Positions 1 through 12,699 of a stretch of 64,000 nt of DNA are shown here, piece by piece. Origin of the DNA: Octopus vulgaris (taxonomy: Eukaryota); NCBI GenBank assembly GCA_951406725.2, contig OX597829.1, positions 54,684,001 through 54,748,000 of the forward strand, written 5' to 3'. Position numbers and translations under genes: made by a program. Position 1 is the stretch's first letter; every line of letters starts with the position of its first letter. The notes below the pieces were generated by a model. That model made no database searches. It had not been told where the DNA came from and saw nothing but the letters and a program-made list of their open reading frames with translations.

Positions 1-160
1 ACATACACGTACATACATATATACATACATACATACATACATACATACATACAAACAAACATACATATTTATGTACATACATACAGACATACGTATGTGC
101 ATATACACACACATATACACATACATGCATGCATGCATACATATATACATGCAGACACAC
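1..160. repeat. (TACA)n-type microsatellite
   Basis: Direct reading. Confidence 0.9.
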
Positions 161-164
161 ACCA

Positions 165-905
165 CATCTGATGCTTCTTATGTCCAACTTTTAACTCAAG
201 GTGCTTACATTTTGTTGTGTGTGCACACTGGCATTACACATCCAGTTGAGAATACTAGCTTCATTTCTTTCAAGCCTACATGTCTTCAGCAGTCACAGCC
301 CATGTTTCACTGCCTTGTAGCATGGCTGTTCACACACATGTATCATACATTCTACCTTTTACTCTGAGCAAGAGGCCTTTTCTTACCAGCAGAGGTAGGA
401 GCACTCTGAACTTTGCCCAGCCTATTCTTATTCTAGCAGCTACACTCCCAGAGCATCCACCCCCACTACTGACTTGGTCATCTAGGTAACGGAGCTATCA
501 ACTACTTCTAGTTTTTTCCCCCGGCATGGAATTTGTTTTCTGTGCATTTTCAGTGTTTATTGCTCCTGTGCATCTGCCATACACAAAAACTAACTTCTCA
601 GTTAGCCTCCCTTTGATATTGCTGCACCTCTTATGTGTCCATAGCTTACACTGGGTACATCTTATGGAATTTCTACCTATGCCTTTTCTACAGACCAAAC
701 AGGGCCATCTACCTGAAGGGATTTGTGGTTTGTCTGCCTTCCTACTTACTAAGGCTCTTGTTTTTGCTAGATTGACTCTAAGGCCCTTCGTTTCTAAACA
801 TTGCTTCCACACCTGAAACTTCTCTAGTTCTGTTAGTGACTCAGCTATTAGAGCAAGGTCATCAGCATAGAGGTGTCCCAGGGTTAGCCCATCTTGAATT
901 CCTGT
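165..905 (-). mobile_element. RTE-clade LINE ORF2 fragment
   Basis: LYADDLALIAESL..GLRVNLAKT RT motif followed by Cys-rich WPCLVCRKGIGRNSIRCTQCKLWTHKRCS; same family recurs at 40640-41180 and 42430-42990. Confidence 0.88.
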
Positions 906-1319
906 TATTGCTTGGAGGACTATGATATATACATACATTTTCTGTCTCTCTCCATATTTTCCCTCAACTCTTTCTGTTGAAACATCAAAGACTTTTCCAT
1001 TCTTCCCAGAGTGACAAACTAATACACCTGTTTGTTGTTCCCTCACCTGTCTTCGTCTTTCTTTTCTGTAAAAGGAAATAAGAGAGGCAAAAGAAAGGTA
1101 GGTAATTGACCAATGTGAGAATATTGAGGGTAGCCTTTCTAGCAACAATACAAAACATAGTACAGTTCTTTATTTCTGAGATGAGGAATTTTATATTATG
1201 CATTCATCTGAGTGGTGCCTTCATCTTTGTTGCTTTCACAACATTTCAACTGTTGTATGCTCCAGCCTTCTTCAGGTGTCTTGTGTTGAACTTCATTGTT
1301 GTGTCAACATTTTGAATCT

Positions 1320-2420
1320 AACTCTTTATTTGATCCATGGGGTACATTGTTCTCTTTCTGATACAGCAACCAAGTTCAAAAGAAGACACCTGAAGAAAAT
1401 TAGTGCATACAACAGGCGAAACGTAGTGAAAGCAACAATCATGAGAACAACATCTGACTAATATAAACAGCATACATAGTCCAAAACGTGTGCTCCAACT
1501 TGTAGAAGATCTCACTAAAAGAAAGCATCATCATAGGAAAAGCATACAGAAGAAAAAGAAATAATGGGAAGATTTCTATCTTCCCATTATTTCTCAGAGT
1601 ACTACTGAGAACTATACAATTAGTAAAGCTGTAGAGATCCAAAAATGTTCAGGAATCTTCAAATGACACCAACAACCCAGTTGTGTGAGGTGACATTAAA
1701 GCTGCAGTAAAGTTCCTGAAAGATGGGGAAAAATCAGAAAGAATTGTCAACATCTCTCCTGAACTACTGAAGAATGAAAGAGAAGCTTCATGGCAATATG
1801 CAATGAATTGTGGCAGACTTGTTAATGACCATCACTCTTGACTCAGTTATTAATCATAGGAATTCTCAAGAAAGAGAATCTACAACTACACCAGAATTAT
1901 CACAGCAACAGGTAACAACAAGCACGTGAGAGTCATCCTGTAGAGATTGAAACTATAGACAGAACACACCTGAACCAAGAAATAGACAGGCTTCTGTAAA
2001 AGTAAAAGCTATGGCAGGTCTCAAGCCAGTGAGATGGCAGAATCATTAGAAAACCAGGCAAAATGCTTAGCACCATTTTTTCCAATCAAATTCCACCAAG
2101 GTTGACTTTGTGTTTAAATCCTTTTGAGGTTGTTAAAATAAGTACCTGTTGAGCACTGGGGTCAATGTAAGTGACTTAGCCTCTCCCCTGAAATTGCTGG
2201 CCTTGTGCCAAAATTTGAAACCAATATGAGTCAGATCTTCAACGTCCTTGTTCCTCTGTGATAAATATTTACAATTCCAAAAAAAGATTTATATTATATC
2301 ATCACAGTCTTTAAAAAGGCATTTGATAAAGAATGGCATTGATGTTCTATGAGCCACAAAGAAAAAATTCAACATGGAACCAAAGCAAGCTTGTACTATT
2401 GAACAGTATTCCTTGATGCC
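1320..2420 (+). mobile_element. Highly degenerate RTE-like LINE RT fragment, interrupted by a SINE at about 2025-2225
   Basis: Remnants of ELLK, PKKG-like NYxT, and FKKAFD in broken frames. Confidence 0.55.
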
Positions 2421-4357
2421 AAAACAGTAAAGAACTTCACCCAAACTCTGACACACAACTGCAACAGATGAAGAAAACCGGTAGACATTTTATCACAGCA
2501 GAACCCTAATGACTCTTATCAGTAACTTAGGATTAAAGGCAAAACAAAAACACATATATATATATATACGTAGGCACTGGTGTGGCTGTGTGGTAAGAAG
2601 TTTGCTTCTCAACCACATGGTTCTAGGTTCAATCCCACTGAGTGGTACTTTGAGCAAATGTCTGCTATACCCCCAGATCAACAAAAGCCTTGTGAGTGGA
2701 TTTGTTAGATGGAAACTGGGAAAAGGTTGTCATGTATGTATATATATATCTATATATGAGTATCTTTGCATTTGTGTTTGTTACCCACCACCACATGACA
2801 CTAGTGTTGGTTTGCTCATGTCCACATAACTTAGTAGTTTGACAAAAAGAGATCGATAAGATAAGTATCAGGCTTATTCTGAGTCCTTGGGTTGATTTAT
2901 TCAACTAAATCTTTCATGATGGCACCCCAGAATAACCATAATTCAATGACTGAAACAAGTAAAAAGTAAAAGGTGCCATTACATACATACACACATACAC
3001 ACACACATACATAACATGCATATCTTGCAATCAACCAGACTATCTGATGTTGTTATACATCACTGGTCACAATGCACTTTGCATCATTTTTTAGCTTTCA
3101 AATGATACTACCCTGCTGGCTAGGGGAGCAGGCCAGCATTACTCTTGAAATGGAATCTATTCTCTCAGAGGGTGACCCATTTATAGCTGAGTGGACTGCA
3201 GCAACATGAAATGAAGTGTTTTGCTCAAGAATACAATGCACAATCGGTCCAGAAACTGAACCTGTGATTTAGTGGTTGTGAGTGCAACACCCTAACCAAT
3301 GGGCCATGCACCTTCATAAGATATGTATAAGCAAAAAATTTTGCTACATTAAAAGCCATAGAAAATCTAAATGTTTTGCAAGATTGCCAATTATCTTAAA
3401 ACCATTGTCTGCTGACGGGATCCATTTTGAATGCCAAAAATGTGTAGGCTCCAAATGGTTGCTTACCTGCTAGAAATAGCTGCCAATTCACTTTTAAATC
3501 ATAACTCTCTCAGGAAAGAAAACCATTGATGGTATGGCACTGGATGATCAGTGTCATGGCTAAAATAAAACGATAATAGTAATAATGATGAAATTATTGC
3601 GCTCAGGCGCATTACAGCTCATCAAAGGTGTATGTACAGAACATAGAATTATGTAGAAAAGTCGAGAAAGTGAACAGTGTATGAGTCATGATATACATGT
3701 GTGCATGTGTATGGAGGGGGAAGGGGATGTCAGGTGTAGTGTTGGTGAATTTCAGGGAGCATGGAGGTTTTAAAGGATGCAATGCCTTGGCAACTTGATT
3801 AGTGGTATATTATTAGGCCTTCTTGTAGCATTCCAGAATGATTTTTTTTACTTTTGTGTAAAACGCTATCATCTGTGAAAGTCTGTGTTCTTGCAACTAA
3901 CCATTCATTATTTTTTGTGGAAACTGAACTCTTCATTCAAATCAGGAAAAAAAAGTGATGTCCAAGTTAAATACTGAACATCATTGGGTTCTGTTAGGAT
4001 TTCTCTTATTGTCCAGAAAAGAACTGTTTCAATAAAGGCATTGAAAATGTAATATTTAAATTCTATTACACAACACATTCACCAATTATAAAGTACAAGA
4101 TTTTGTTTCTTGTAACTTACATTGTACTAACTCTTTAGGATCCACAGATTATTCTGTCAAATATAATGCTTATTTATTCAAACGGTTTTGAATCAATCAA
4201 GCATTTTGTCATAGGTTTGAGATTTTGATGATGGAAAAATATTTGGATCAAACATGGCCAATTTAAATTTTAAAGGTTGGTTTTATGTCTATCATAGAGA
4301 CTTCCAAATCTTTCCACAAAACTGTATTGTGCTTTCTCTTCTTACGTTGTTATATTA

Positions 4358-4672
4358 TGGTAATGATAATGGTGGTGGTGGTGATGTTGATGTTGTTGTT
4401 GTTGGTGGTGGTGGTGGTGGCAGTGGCATTTGTGGAGGCGACAGTGATGGTGGTCATGGCAGCAGTGGCAGTGGTGGTGACGGTCACAGCAACAGTGGCA
4501 ACAGCAGTGGTGGTGATGGTGGTGGTTGTAGTTGTGGTTGTGGTGGTGGTGGTGGTAATGGTGCCAATAAGAGAGGAGGGGAGGAGGAGTAGGCTAAGGT
4601 GGAGTAGGTGGAGGAGAGGTAGGCTGAAGAGGAGTAGGCAGAAGAGGAGAGGGAGTACGATGATGATGATTG
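4358..4672. repeat. Degenerate (GGT/GTT/GGA)n trinucleotide tract
   Basis: Direct reading; source of the poly-G/V/T/P ORFs. Confidence 0.9.
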
Positions 4673-5433
4673 TGACTCTAATGAAATATAATTCTTCCAC
4701 ATATATAATCGCACACAGCTAATTGGTCTTAATCCATTTTTACACACATCTTAGTTCATTAAAGACAGTCTAAACAAATCTGTGTTTTGTGGTCCGACAT
4801 TGATATTTGTATAGGACAAAAAAAAATCATTAGAGTTATTTTCAGATAAGGTGACAATACATTTTTTTTTCCCTTTTTATTAGCATCCATTGTCATGAGC
4901 AAATACCAAAGACCAAAGATGAGAATTGGTAGACACTGCGTTTGTTTATTTAGCTGTTAACTTTTCAATTGATTTCATTGGGAATCGATAAAGGAGAATA
5001 AAGTTTTGTCATGATTAATGATTTTTTTTATGGTTTAAGATTTTATTTATTTATTTACCTAATTACTGTAGTGGCCTGATAAAAAAAATTAAATAAAACG
5101 CATACAAAAACATTTGTATGTAAACGTTGCTGCATATAAACATGAGTGTGTGTGTGGGGTGTGTATGTAAACATACACACATGCATACACACACACATCA
5201 TACTCATCATTCATCATCATAACCTTAGCATCCATGTTTCATGTTTGCATAGGTTGGATGGAGTTTATTGAGGCAAATTTTCTACAGCCAGATGCCCTCC
5301 CTGTCACCAACTCTCACCTATTTCCTTACAAGGTAATATTTCCTCATGACCAGACAGTGTTCTCACAGAATATCGGAAATGGATGACATTCATTTACAAC
5401 ATTAAGTGACGTCATGACAAGGAGCCACAAACA

Positions 5434-5435
<2 letters not shown>

Positions 5436-5497
<62 letters not shown>
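5436..5497. repeat. (CA)n microsatellite inside a SINE
   Basis: Direct reading. Confidence 0.95.
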
Positions 5498-5498
<1 letters not shown>

Positions 5499-5824
5499 GC
5501 ATACTTATAAGTATATATACACACACACATACACAACAGGCAACTTTCAGTTTCCATGTAACAAATCCATTCACAAGGGACTGGTGGTCTTGGGGATATA
5601 ATAGAAGACATTTGCCCAAGGTACCATGCAGTGAGACTGAACTTGGAACCATGTGGTTGGGAAGTAAACTTATTAACCCTACAATTATGCCTATGCCTAT
5701 ATATATATATATATATATATCACCACCACCACCGCCACCACCACTGCCATTGTCATCGTCATCGTCTAATGTCCATTTTCCATGATGGCATAGGTTAGAC
5801 AGTTTGATGATGATGATGATGATA

Positions 5825-7600
5825 ATGGTACGAACATAAACCCGAAGGCATCATCGAAAATGATAATGCAAAGATCCCATGGAATTGTATGATTCAGTGC
5901 AACCAAGAGATAGAGAATAGGAAGCTAGACATAGTCTTAATTGAGAAAGAAAGCAAATGATGCTGGATCATAGATATAGCATGCCCAGTTGGCAACAAGG
6001 TATGTGATAAGGAAGAAAGAAAAGTTGAGAGATATGACAGGTTAGCTTGGGAGGTAAAGCAGTAGTAGTACCAATAATTGTTGGAGCTCTGGGAACAGTG
6101 AGTAAAAATCTTGAGATGTACACGGGACAAATAGGGGCTGCAATAAGGGTGGAGCTCTTGCAGAAAACAGCACTGCTTGGAACCGCTCAAATACTCTGGA
6201 TGGTGCTAAAAAAATGAGGGGTGTTACCTTAGTTCACTTGTAGTGAACAGCCGACACTGTAGTACATCTCCAGTAATAGAAGCTGTGCAAAGACAATAAA
6301 TAATAATAATAATAAAATGTGACAGACACAGAGGACCAGTGGCTATGGATGAGGAGGAGTGACCTAAAGATAGTGACAGAAGCACTCATATGCGCAGCTC
6401 AAGAACAAGTGTTAAGGATCAACTATATGAAGTGCAAAATAGACAACACTACTGGTAGCGACAAAAGCAGACTGTGTGGTGAGAGGGGTGAAACAGTATG
6501 GCACATCGTTAATGAATGCCCAAAATTGGCACAAAGCAAATACAAAAGACACCATGACAATATGGCAAGAATGATCCATTGGGAGCTCTGCGGTAATTGC
6601 AGCCTACAAAAAGCAAAGACATGGTATGAGAAAACTCCAGAAGGAGTTACTGAAAATGAGACATGCAAAAGCTTGTGGGATGCAATGACCCAGTGCAATC
6701 ACCCAACCAGACATATGAAACTGGACATTGTTGTGTGGGAAATATGAAGGTTGTGGTCAATGAAGAGAGTAGATGTGATACCAATAGTAATTGGTACACT
6801 TGCATGTATCAGTATTCAATTACTAACATGGCTGAAAAAGACTGGTGCAAATGTGAAGGTAGGACACACAAAAATCAGCATTGCTTGGAACTGAAGAATC
6901 CTTTGCAAGGTTCTTGAAGCATGACCAGTAAACAAGTGCCACCTTAGTCTGCTGGCTGTGGACAGCTGACACTTTTCCATCATACCCAGCAAAATAAGCT
7001 GTGAGTTTTCATATAATAATAAAATGTAATGATTCTTTGAAACTTTCCAGTATGTACAAACTAGACCATCAAAACAAATAAACCAGATTTTGTTGTGAAA
7101 GACCAAAACAATAAAGTCTGTTTATTGATTGACACGAGCATACCCTGTGACCATAATATCTCGGCAAAATAATTTGATATGGTCAGAAAACATAAAGATA
7201 TGCTAATCAAAATCGAAGAGATGTGGTATCTCAAGATGGTTACAAAACCAGTGATTGAAGGAACAGTAGGAATGATAAAAAAAGGAACTGAAAATTATTT
7301 AAGAATGACGCCTGGCTTACCATCCATGCAGGAAGTACAAAAGATGGTCTTAACTGGTAACTGGTCACAGTATTGAGAACAACACTGACATTGTGAATTT
7401 TCTTTCCCTTTTCCCCTTTATTTTCTGTGTTTATTTAAAAAAAATTTTTTTTCCTTTTTCTCTTTGTCTTTCTTCCTCTTTTTCTCTATGACATGACTTT
7501 GTAAATGAACAATCTGATGTGCTTATTTTAATGGCTGACCAATAAATACAGTGCGTTTCTCTGCCCTAGGTGTCAGGAAGACACTCGGCAAGAAATGGAA
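5825..7600 (+). mobile_element. Three stacked 5'-truncated RLE-type (R4/Dong-like) non-LTR retrotransposon 3' ends
   Basis: ETEALICAAQEQ-like, zinc knuckle RLCGERGETVWHIVNECPKLAQSKYKRHHDN and PD-(D/E)xK endonuclease remnants (KLDIV..IDIACP); copies at about 5825-6316, 6317-7023 and 7026-7600, each ending in a (TAA)n/(GAT)n-like tail. Confidence 0.8.
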
Positions 7601-7788
7601 ACAGAATTGAAAAAAGATGATAATGAAAATAACAATGATTTGAAATTTTTTCCACAAGGGCAGCTCTCTGCCTTTTATGATGTAAATGATGATGATGATG
7701 ATGATAACAACAATGAGGAGGAGGAGGAGGAGGGGTGGGCGAGGATATGCATATATATTTTTGTGAATTCTCCTCCTATATATATATA

Positions 7789-9072
7789 TTTGGTTGTCCA
7801 GAAAGTTCATGCCGATTTATAGTAGCTTACCTTTCGACTTATTTTAGAATATGGTGGAGTCCATAAAATAGGATTTGACTACACCTCCATTTAGAGCACA
7901 GTTTAAGCTATCTTTTCGTGGAAGAAGGTTTATGTTCCTATAACCTGTGTTAATTCTGTAACCCTTTAAAATGGATGATAAGAAAGTTCATTTGCGGCAC
8001 TTGATGTTTTTCTTTTTCCACAAAGGGAAAAATGCCTCACAAGCAACCAAAGAAATATGCGCAGTTTACAGTAATGTTTCTTTATCCGAAAGAAATGTAC
8101 GGATGTGGTTTGCAAGGTTCCGAGCTGGAGATTGTAGCCTTATTGATAAAGAGTGATCAGGCAGACCATCCACTACAGATGATGACCAAATCAAGTCATT
8201 AATTGAGAATAACCCACATTGCACAACCCAAGAATTGGCAGTAAGCCTCACCCTATCAAAATCCATCATTCATGAGCACCTGGTAAAGTTTGGGTACACA
8301 AATTGCTACGATGTTTGGGTAACACATGAGTTGAGTGAGAAGAACCTTTTGGATCGCATTTCCATCTGTGATTCGCTTTATAAATGGAATGAAAACACAC
8401 CTTTTTTAAAGCAAATTGTGACAGGTGATGAGAAATGGATTATCTACTGAAATGTTCAGAGAAAGTGATCCTGGAGTAAGCGACATGAGCCACTTTTAGC
8501 CACCCCAAAAGCAGGTCTTCACCCTAAAAAAGTCTTGCTTTGTGTCTGGTGGGATTGGGAAGGAATTCTGTACTATGAGCTTCTCCCAAGTAACCAGACA
8601 ATTAATTCTGAGAAATACTGCATACAACTGGGTGAGTTAAAAGCAGCAATTCAAGAGAAACATCCAGAATTGGCCAACAGGAAGGGTGTTGTTTTCCAAC
8701 ATGATAATGCAAGACCACACATTTCTTTGGGAACCAGGCAAAAATTGCTGCAGCTTGGCTGGGATGTGTTACCCCATCCTGTATATTCACCAGATATTGC
8801 TCCTTTGGATTTCCACTTATTCAGGTCTCTGAAGAATAGTCTTAATGGTAAAAATTTCAATTCCCTGGATGACGTAAAAAGATACCTTGATGAATTCTTT
8901 GCCATGAAACCACCTCGATTCTGGGAAGAGGGTATTTTCAAGTTAAAGGAAAGATGGAGACACATTGTGCAACAAAATGGTTCATATTTGGTTGATTAAA
9001 AATGTAATGGCAAGTATTTATTGACCTTTTTCTTTCCTTTAAAAATCAGCACAAACTTTCTGGACAACCCAA
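7789..9072 (+). mobile_element. Full-length mariner (DD34D) transposon, 1284 bp, probably mellifera subfamily
   Basis: About 30-bp TIRs (TTTGGTTGTCCAGAAAGTTCATGCCGATTT / AAATCAGCACAAACTTTCTGGACAACCCAA), inserted in a (TA)n run; transposase motifs WVTHEL, TGDEKW, HDNARPH, YSPDIAPxD. Confidence 0.95.
7971..8999 (+). pseudogene. Mariner transposase pseudogene
   Basis: ORF pieces 7971, 8235 and 8535 are all in one 343-codon frame, broken by three TGA stops (8154, 8448, 8466) with no frameshift. Confidence 0.93.
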
Positions 9073-9344
9073 CATATATATATATATATATATAATTATT
9101 TGAAGTCTCTGTAAAGGAATGAACCAGTTTCTAATAATGACACTATGCTCCATTGTTGGAATGGAGATAAAAAAACAAAATCACATTTTGAACTTCAGAA
9201 AAGTCTTGCATCTTTTTACTGTTCCTCTTACAGATTATATTTGTAACATGAGATTAGGGCTGGTTGCTTTCCTTTTCCTGTTAATCCTAGCTTATCCAGA
9301 TTGTCACTTAGGCATTTACTCACCAAACCAAGTGCACCAATTAT

Positions 9345-10525
9345 AACTGGACAACAATTTTAAAAAAATTTTCTGTTCCATGAGATTTTTTTTGTGCTAG
9401 TTTCAAATCTGTAACAAGTTTTGCTCTCTGTGCTCTAGTTTCCTTGTAATTTGATGATTAATTTTATTTTAATAAATTTATTGTTAAATTTGACATATTG
9501 AGATATATATGTCCTACTTAGAAAGAACTGACAATTGTAGTTTTTCAGTTCTTCAAGTAGACACAGATGTGTGAATAATCCTGATGGCTTCTGCTATGTT
9601 TGTGGCTCCTTCACACTTATTCATCAAAGGTGCAATATCACATTGTTTGTGAGACAGGCTTATTGAGTTTTTTTTGGGCCCCTCGTGTTGTGTGTCATAA
9701 CTGTGAGGAAATGCTTCCTGACTGGATAAAAGGACAAAGAAAGGGGCCTGCTGTTTGGAGTTCCTATGGTTTGGCAATAACCCAGGGACCACACAAGTAA
9801 CTTATTTTTATATGGTTAACACAAAAGACATTGGCAAGAAAAATATGCATAGAATATCTTATCCCAATATTCCTTCAGCAATTACTCCCAATTCCAGTTT
9901 TTCTTTTTCAAAGACGAAGCTAGTGAACAAAAGTACAAAGATGATAACTAAGATCAAGAAATTACTTCACAGTTCCAACATCTCTCTTATAGTACCAAAA
10001 CATCAACCCCATTACATTTTAGCCAAACAGAACTGAATGACTTAGTGTGTGATTTGGGACTCTCCAAAACTGCAACTAAGATCTCAATGTCCAGGCTTCA
10101 AGAAAAACATCTACTTCTATCCTAATCAGCTATTTACACCTATCATTTGTATATAATAATATATTTTCAACTAAAAAGCAGATGGTGATAACATTTATTT
10201 TACTCAGTATCGGAATAAGAAATATTATTTTTATAGCTAATTCTTATTGTGGTGTAATAACTCATATATATGAATAAAGTTAGAATCTCAATGCAAGGAT
10301 ATTTGTTATTTTCCGTCTAGTTTGAAGATAGTATAACTATAAAATTATCTGATGGATTACATCGTATCTCAAGAAATATTCAAAATTTGGTAAATATAAA
10401 AATGCTTTAACTGCAAAAAAAACAGAACTTACAGAGAAAAACTAACTTCATATTTGAATTCAGCATAATCAGATTGGGTAATACCAATTGTTGGTATCAA
10501 TGCAACAAAAATTTTGTTGCTAGTG
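9345..10525 (+). mobile_element. Internally deleted DNA transposon, Chapaev3-like (CMC superfamily)
   Basis: Degenerate N-terminal Cys-rich transposase (CVNNPDGFCYVCG, WAPRVVCHNCEEML.DW, ISYPNIPSAI); termini (A)ACTGGACAACAA / TTGTTGCTAGTG-TAA. Superfamily assignment is from memory. Confidence 0.6.
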
Positions 10526-12699
10526 TAATTATTGGTATAAATGGGAATTTATAACCTAAATATAGAAGCTGGAGATTTTCAAAGTCTGTAGTAATCCTCT
10601 TGCATTTTGATTTTCAAATCAGCAGGACAGCAGACTTTTATGATGGAACATGCTTTTTCTTGTTTATCCCAAACAACAATATCTGGCCTGTTAGTTTTAC
10701 ACTTGACAAATGTTTTCATAACTATGTCCCACCAGTTTTCCTTGTACTGATGTTTAATATGTATTCAGTAACAGGGGGATACTCTATAGTTATCCCAGGA
10801 CATTCATTTTTTCGGATGGCATTATGCATGTATGTATGTGTGTGTATGATTGTATGTATGTATTTATACATTATGTACCTGTGTATTGACATATATACAT
10901 ATTTATGCATTTATATATATGCATATATGTGTGTTTGTATACATGTCCCTTAACAAGAAAGCTTAACAGTTATTTTGCTGCCACCAGAAGTGCTCTCTTA
11001 TTTTAAACCATTAACTGTTAACACCATTCCATAAACTTTGCCCCACATACTGCACCTGTCCATTGTATATCTAATAGGTAAACTGAACTGTTCTTTGTTG
11101 ATAAAATGTATGTCTTGAGCTGTTAATACTATTCCATAACTTTTACTAAAATTATAATAAATTTTACTAGAATTTCAATTTCACTTCAATCTTTAACTTC
11201 AGTCCTTAACTTCAATGTAAAGACAAGATCAGGTCAAAATGATTGGGGATGGAGATAGATGCTGCGGATAACCCAGATGTCTTACTTACATCATGTTGCT
11301 CTCTGTGCTTGACCATGTGTTGCTGCTTGAAATTTATTCCTTAATATGCTAATTAACCCATAACTGGGACCTTAATAAGTGCTACCATCCTGGATCAGAG
11401 TAGAACTGAGAATAATAGAGGCTTAGAGATAGTTCTACACTCTTCAGAACCCTGAAATTCCTGAATCAGGACCCCACTGCTTGAAGCAGTCAGTTTAAAG
11501 TCGTACTCAGGACCCTAATTTTACTAAATTTAAGTTGAAAGGTGAATTCTTTTTCTTTTTCTTTTTTTTTTTTCCAGATTTTGTTTAGTTTATATTTCAT
11601 TTGTTTGAATCTGAGTTTAAATTTTTCTTTGGCTCCCAAGCTTGTACGTCTTTATTGTAGAATGGTGCTTGGTCAAATAATATTTCTCTCCGATGCTGAA
11701 AATTGATACAACTTTAAGAGCTCAAAGCTATACCCATTAAAAAGAAAATTCTTAAATAGCTCATAATCTTTAATGTAAAAATTATTGCAAGAGGGAAAAA
11801 AATCTGACAAAATAACATTGGAACAACAAAAGGCTCATTCAAAGTCAGATTCACATAACATTCATCTTGCAATATTTTGAAAGATGAGTGTATTGCAAGA
11901 CACTTGCAATATTCATTGTAGTAATAGAACATTTCTGTTTGAGACTAAGGACAATAATATAAACATAAACATAAGCTAGCTAATAATAGACAGTTCTACC
12001 ATTTATATAAATGATTCTGAGAAAAGTACCGACTGTGTCACAGAAAAATACGACATAATTTCTCAGCAAATATGAGATGAGATTTTGCAGACAGCTGAAT
12101 AAATTAGTTAAAAAAAAAAAGAAGCAGTCTTAACTGCAAATAAGATAAAGTTTCAGTGGCCCAACGACGGTTGAAGTAACAGTGGAAGCCTGACAATGGC
12201 TACACCAGCAAAATAAACAACAAATTGGCCAGTGGAAAAGTATGACAATTTAGGGACAATTTCTCACAAAGCATATCAAAAATATTTTAATTACAGGTAG
12301 GACAGCTATTGAACCAGCCATCTCTAGGGCAGCAAGTGGACATACTTTGACGCAGCAGCCCCATACTATAATGAGGCCCTGGCTGCCAGTGGGCTTAAGG
12401 ACCACATCTCCTATATGTCGGAACCCAACAGCCACAGAAATACAATTCAGTTTGCCCTCCCAACATCTCCCCTAACACAATAACACTTGTAGATAGACTA
12501 TTCCTTAAATTAAATTAGAAGAAAAAAAAAAGAGGTCAACAGGCTTTGGGGTCTGACAATATGCCATAAAGTTAAACCCTTTATGGACGGCCACCCCATT
12601 AAAAAGTACATCTTAGAGTGTGCTTCTGCTCCGGACTTATGTTTTCTACAAATGATATATATGTGAGTGTGTGTGTTTTGGATGTACATAATTGTGATA

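Noticed and set aside
4254-4747. Gly-rich, Val-rich, Thr-rich and Pro-rich ORFs (cuticle- or mucin-like)
   Set aside because: Overlapping frames on both strands of a degenerate trinucleotide microsatellite; no splice context
8535-8999. SETMAR-like or domesticated transposase gene
   Set aside because: Lies between TIRs, has three upstream in-frame stops, and shows no SET domain or fusion exon
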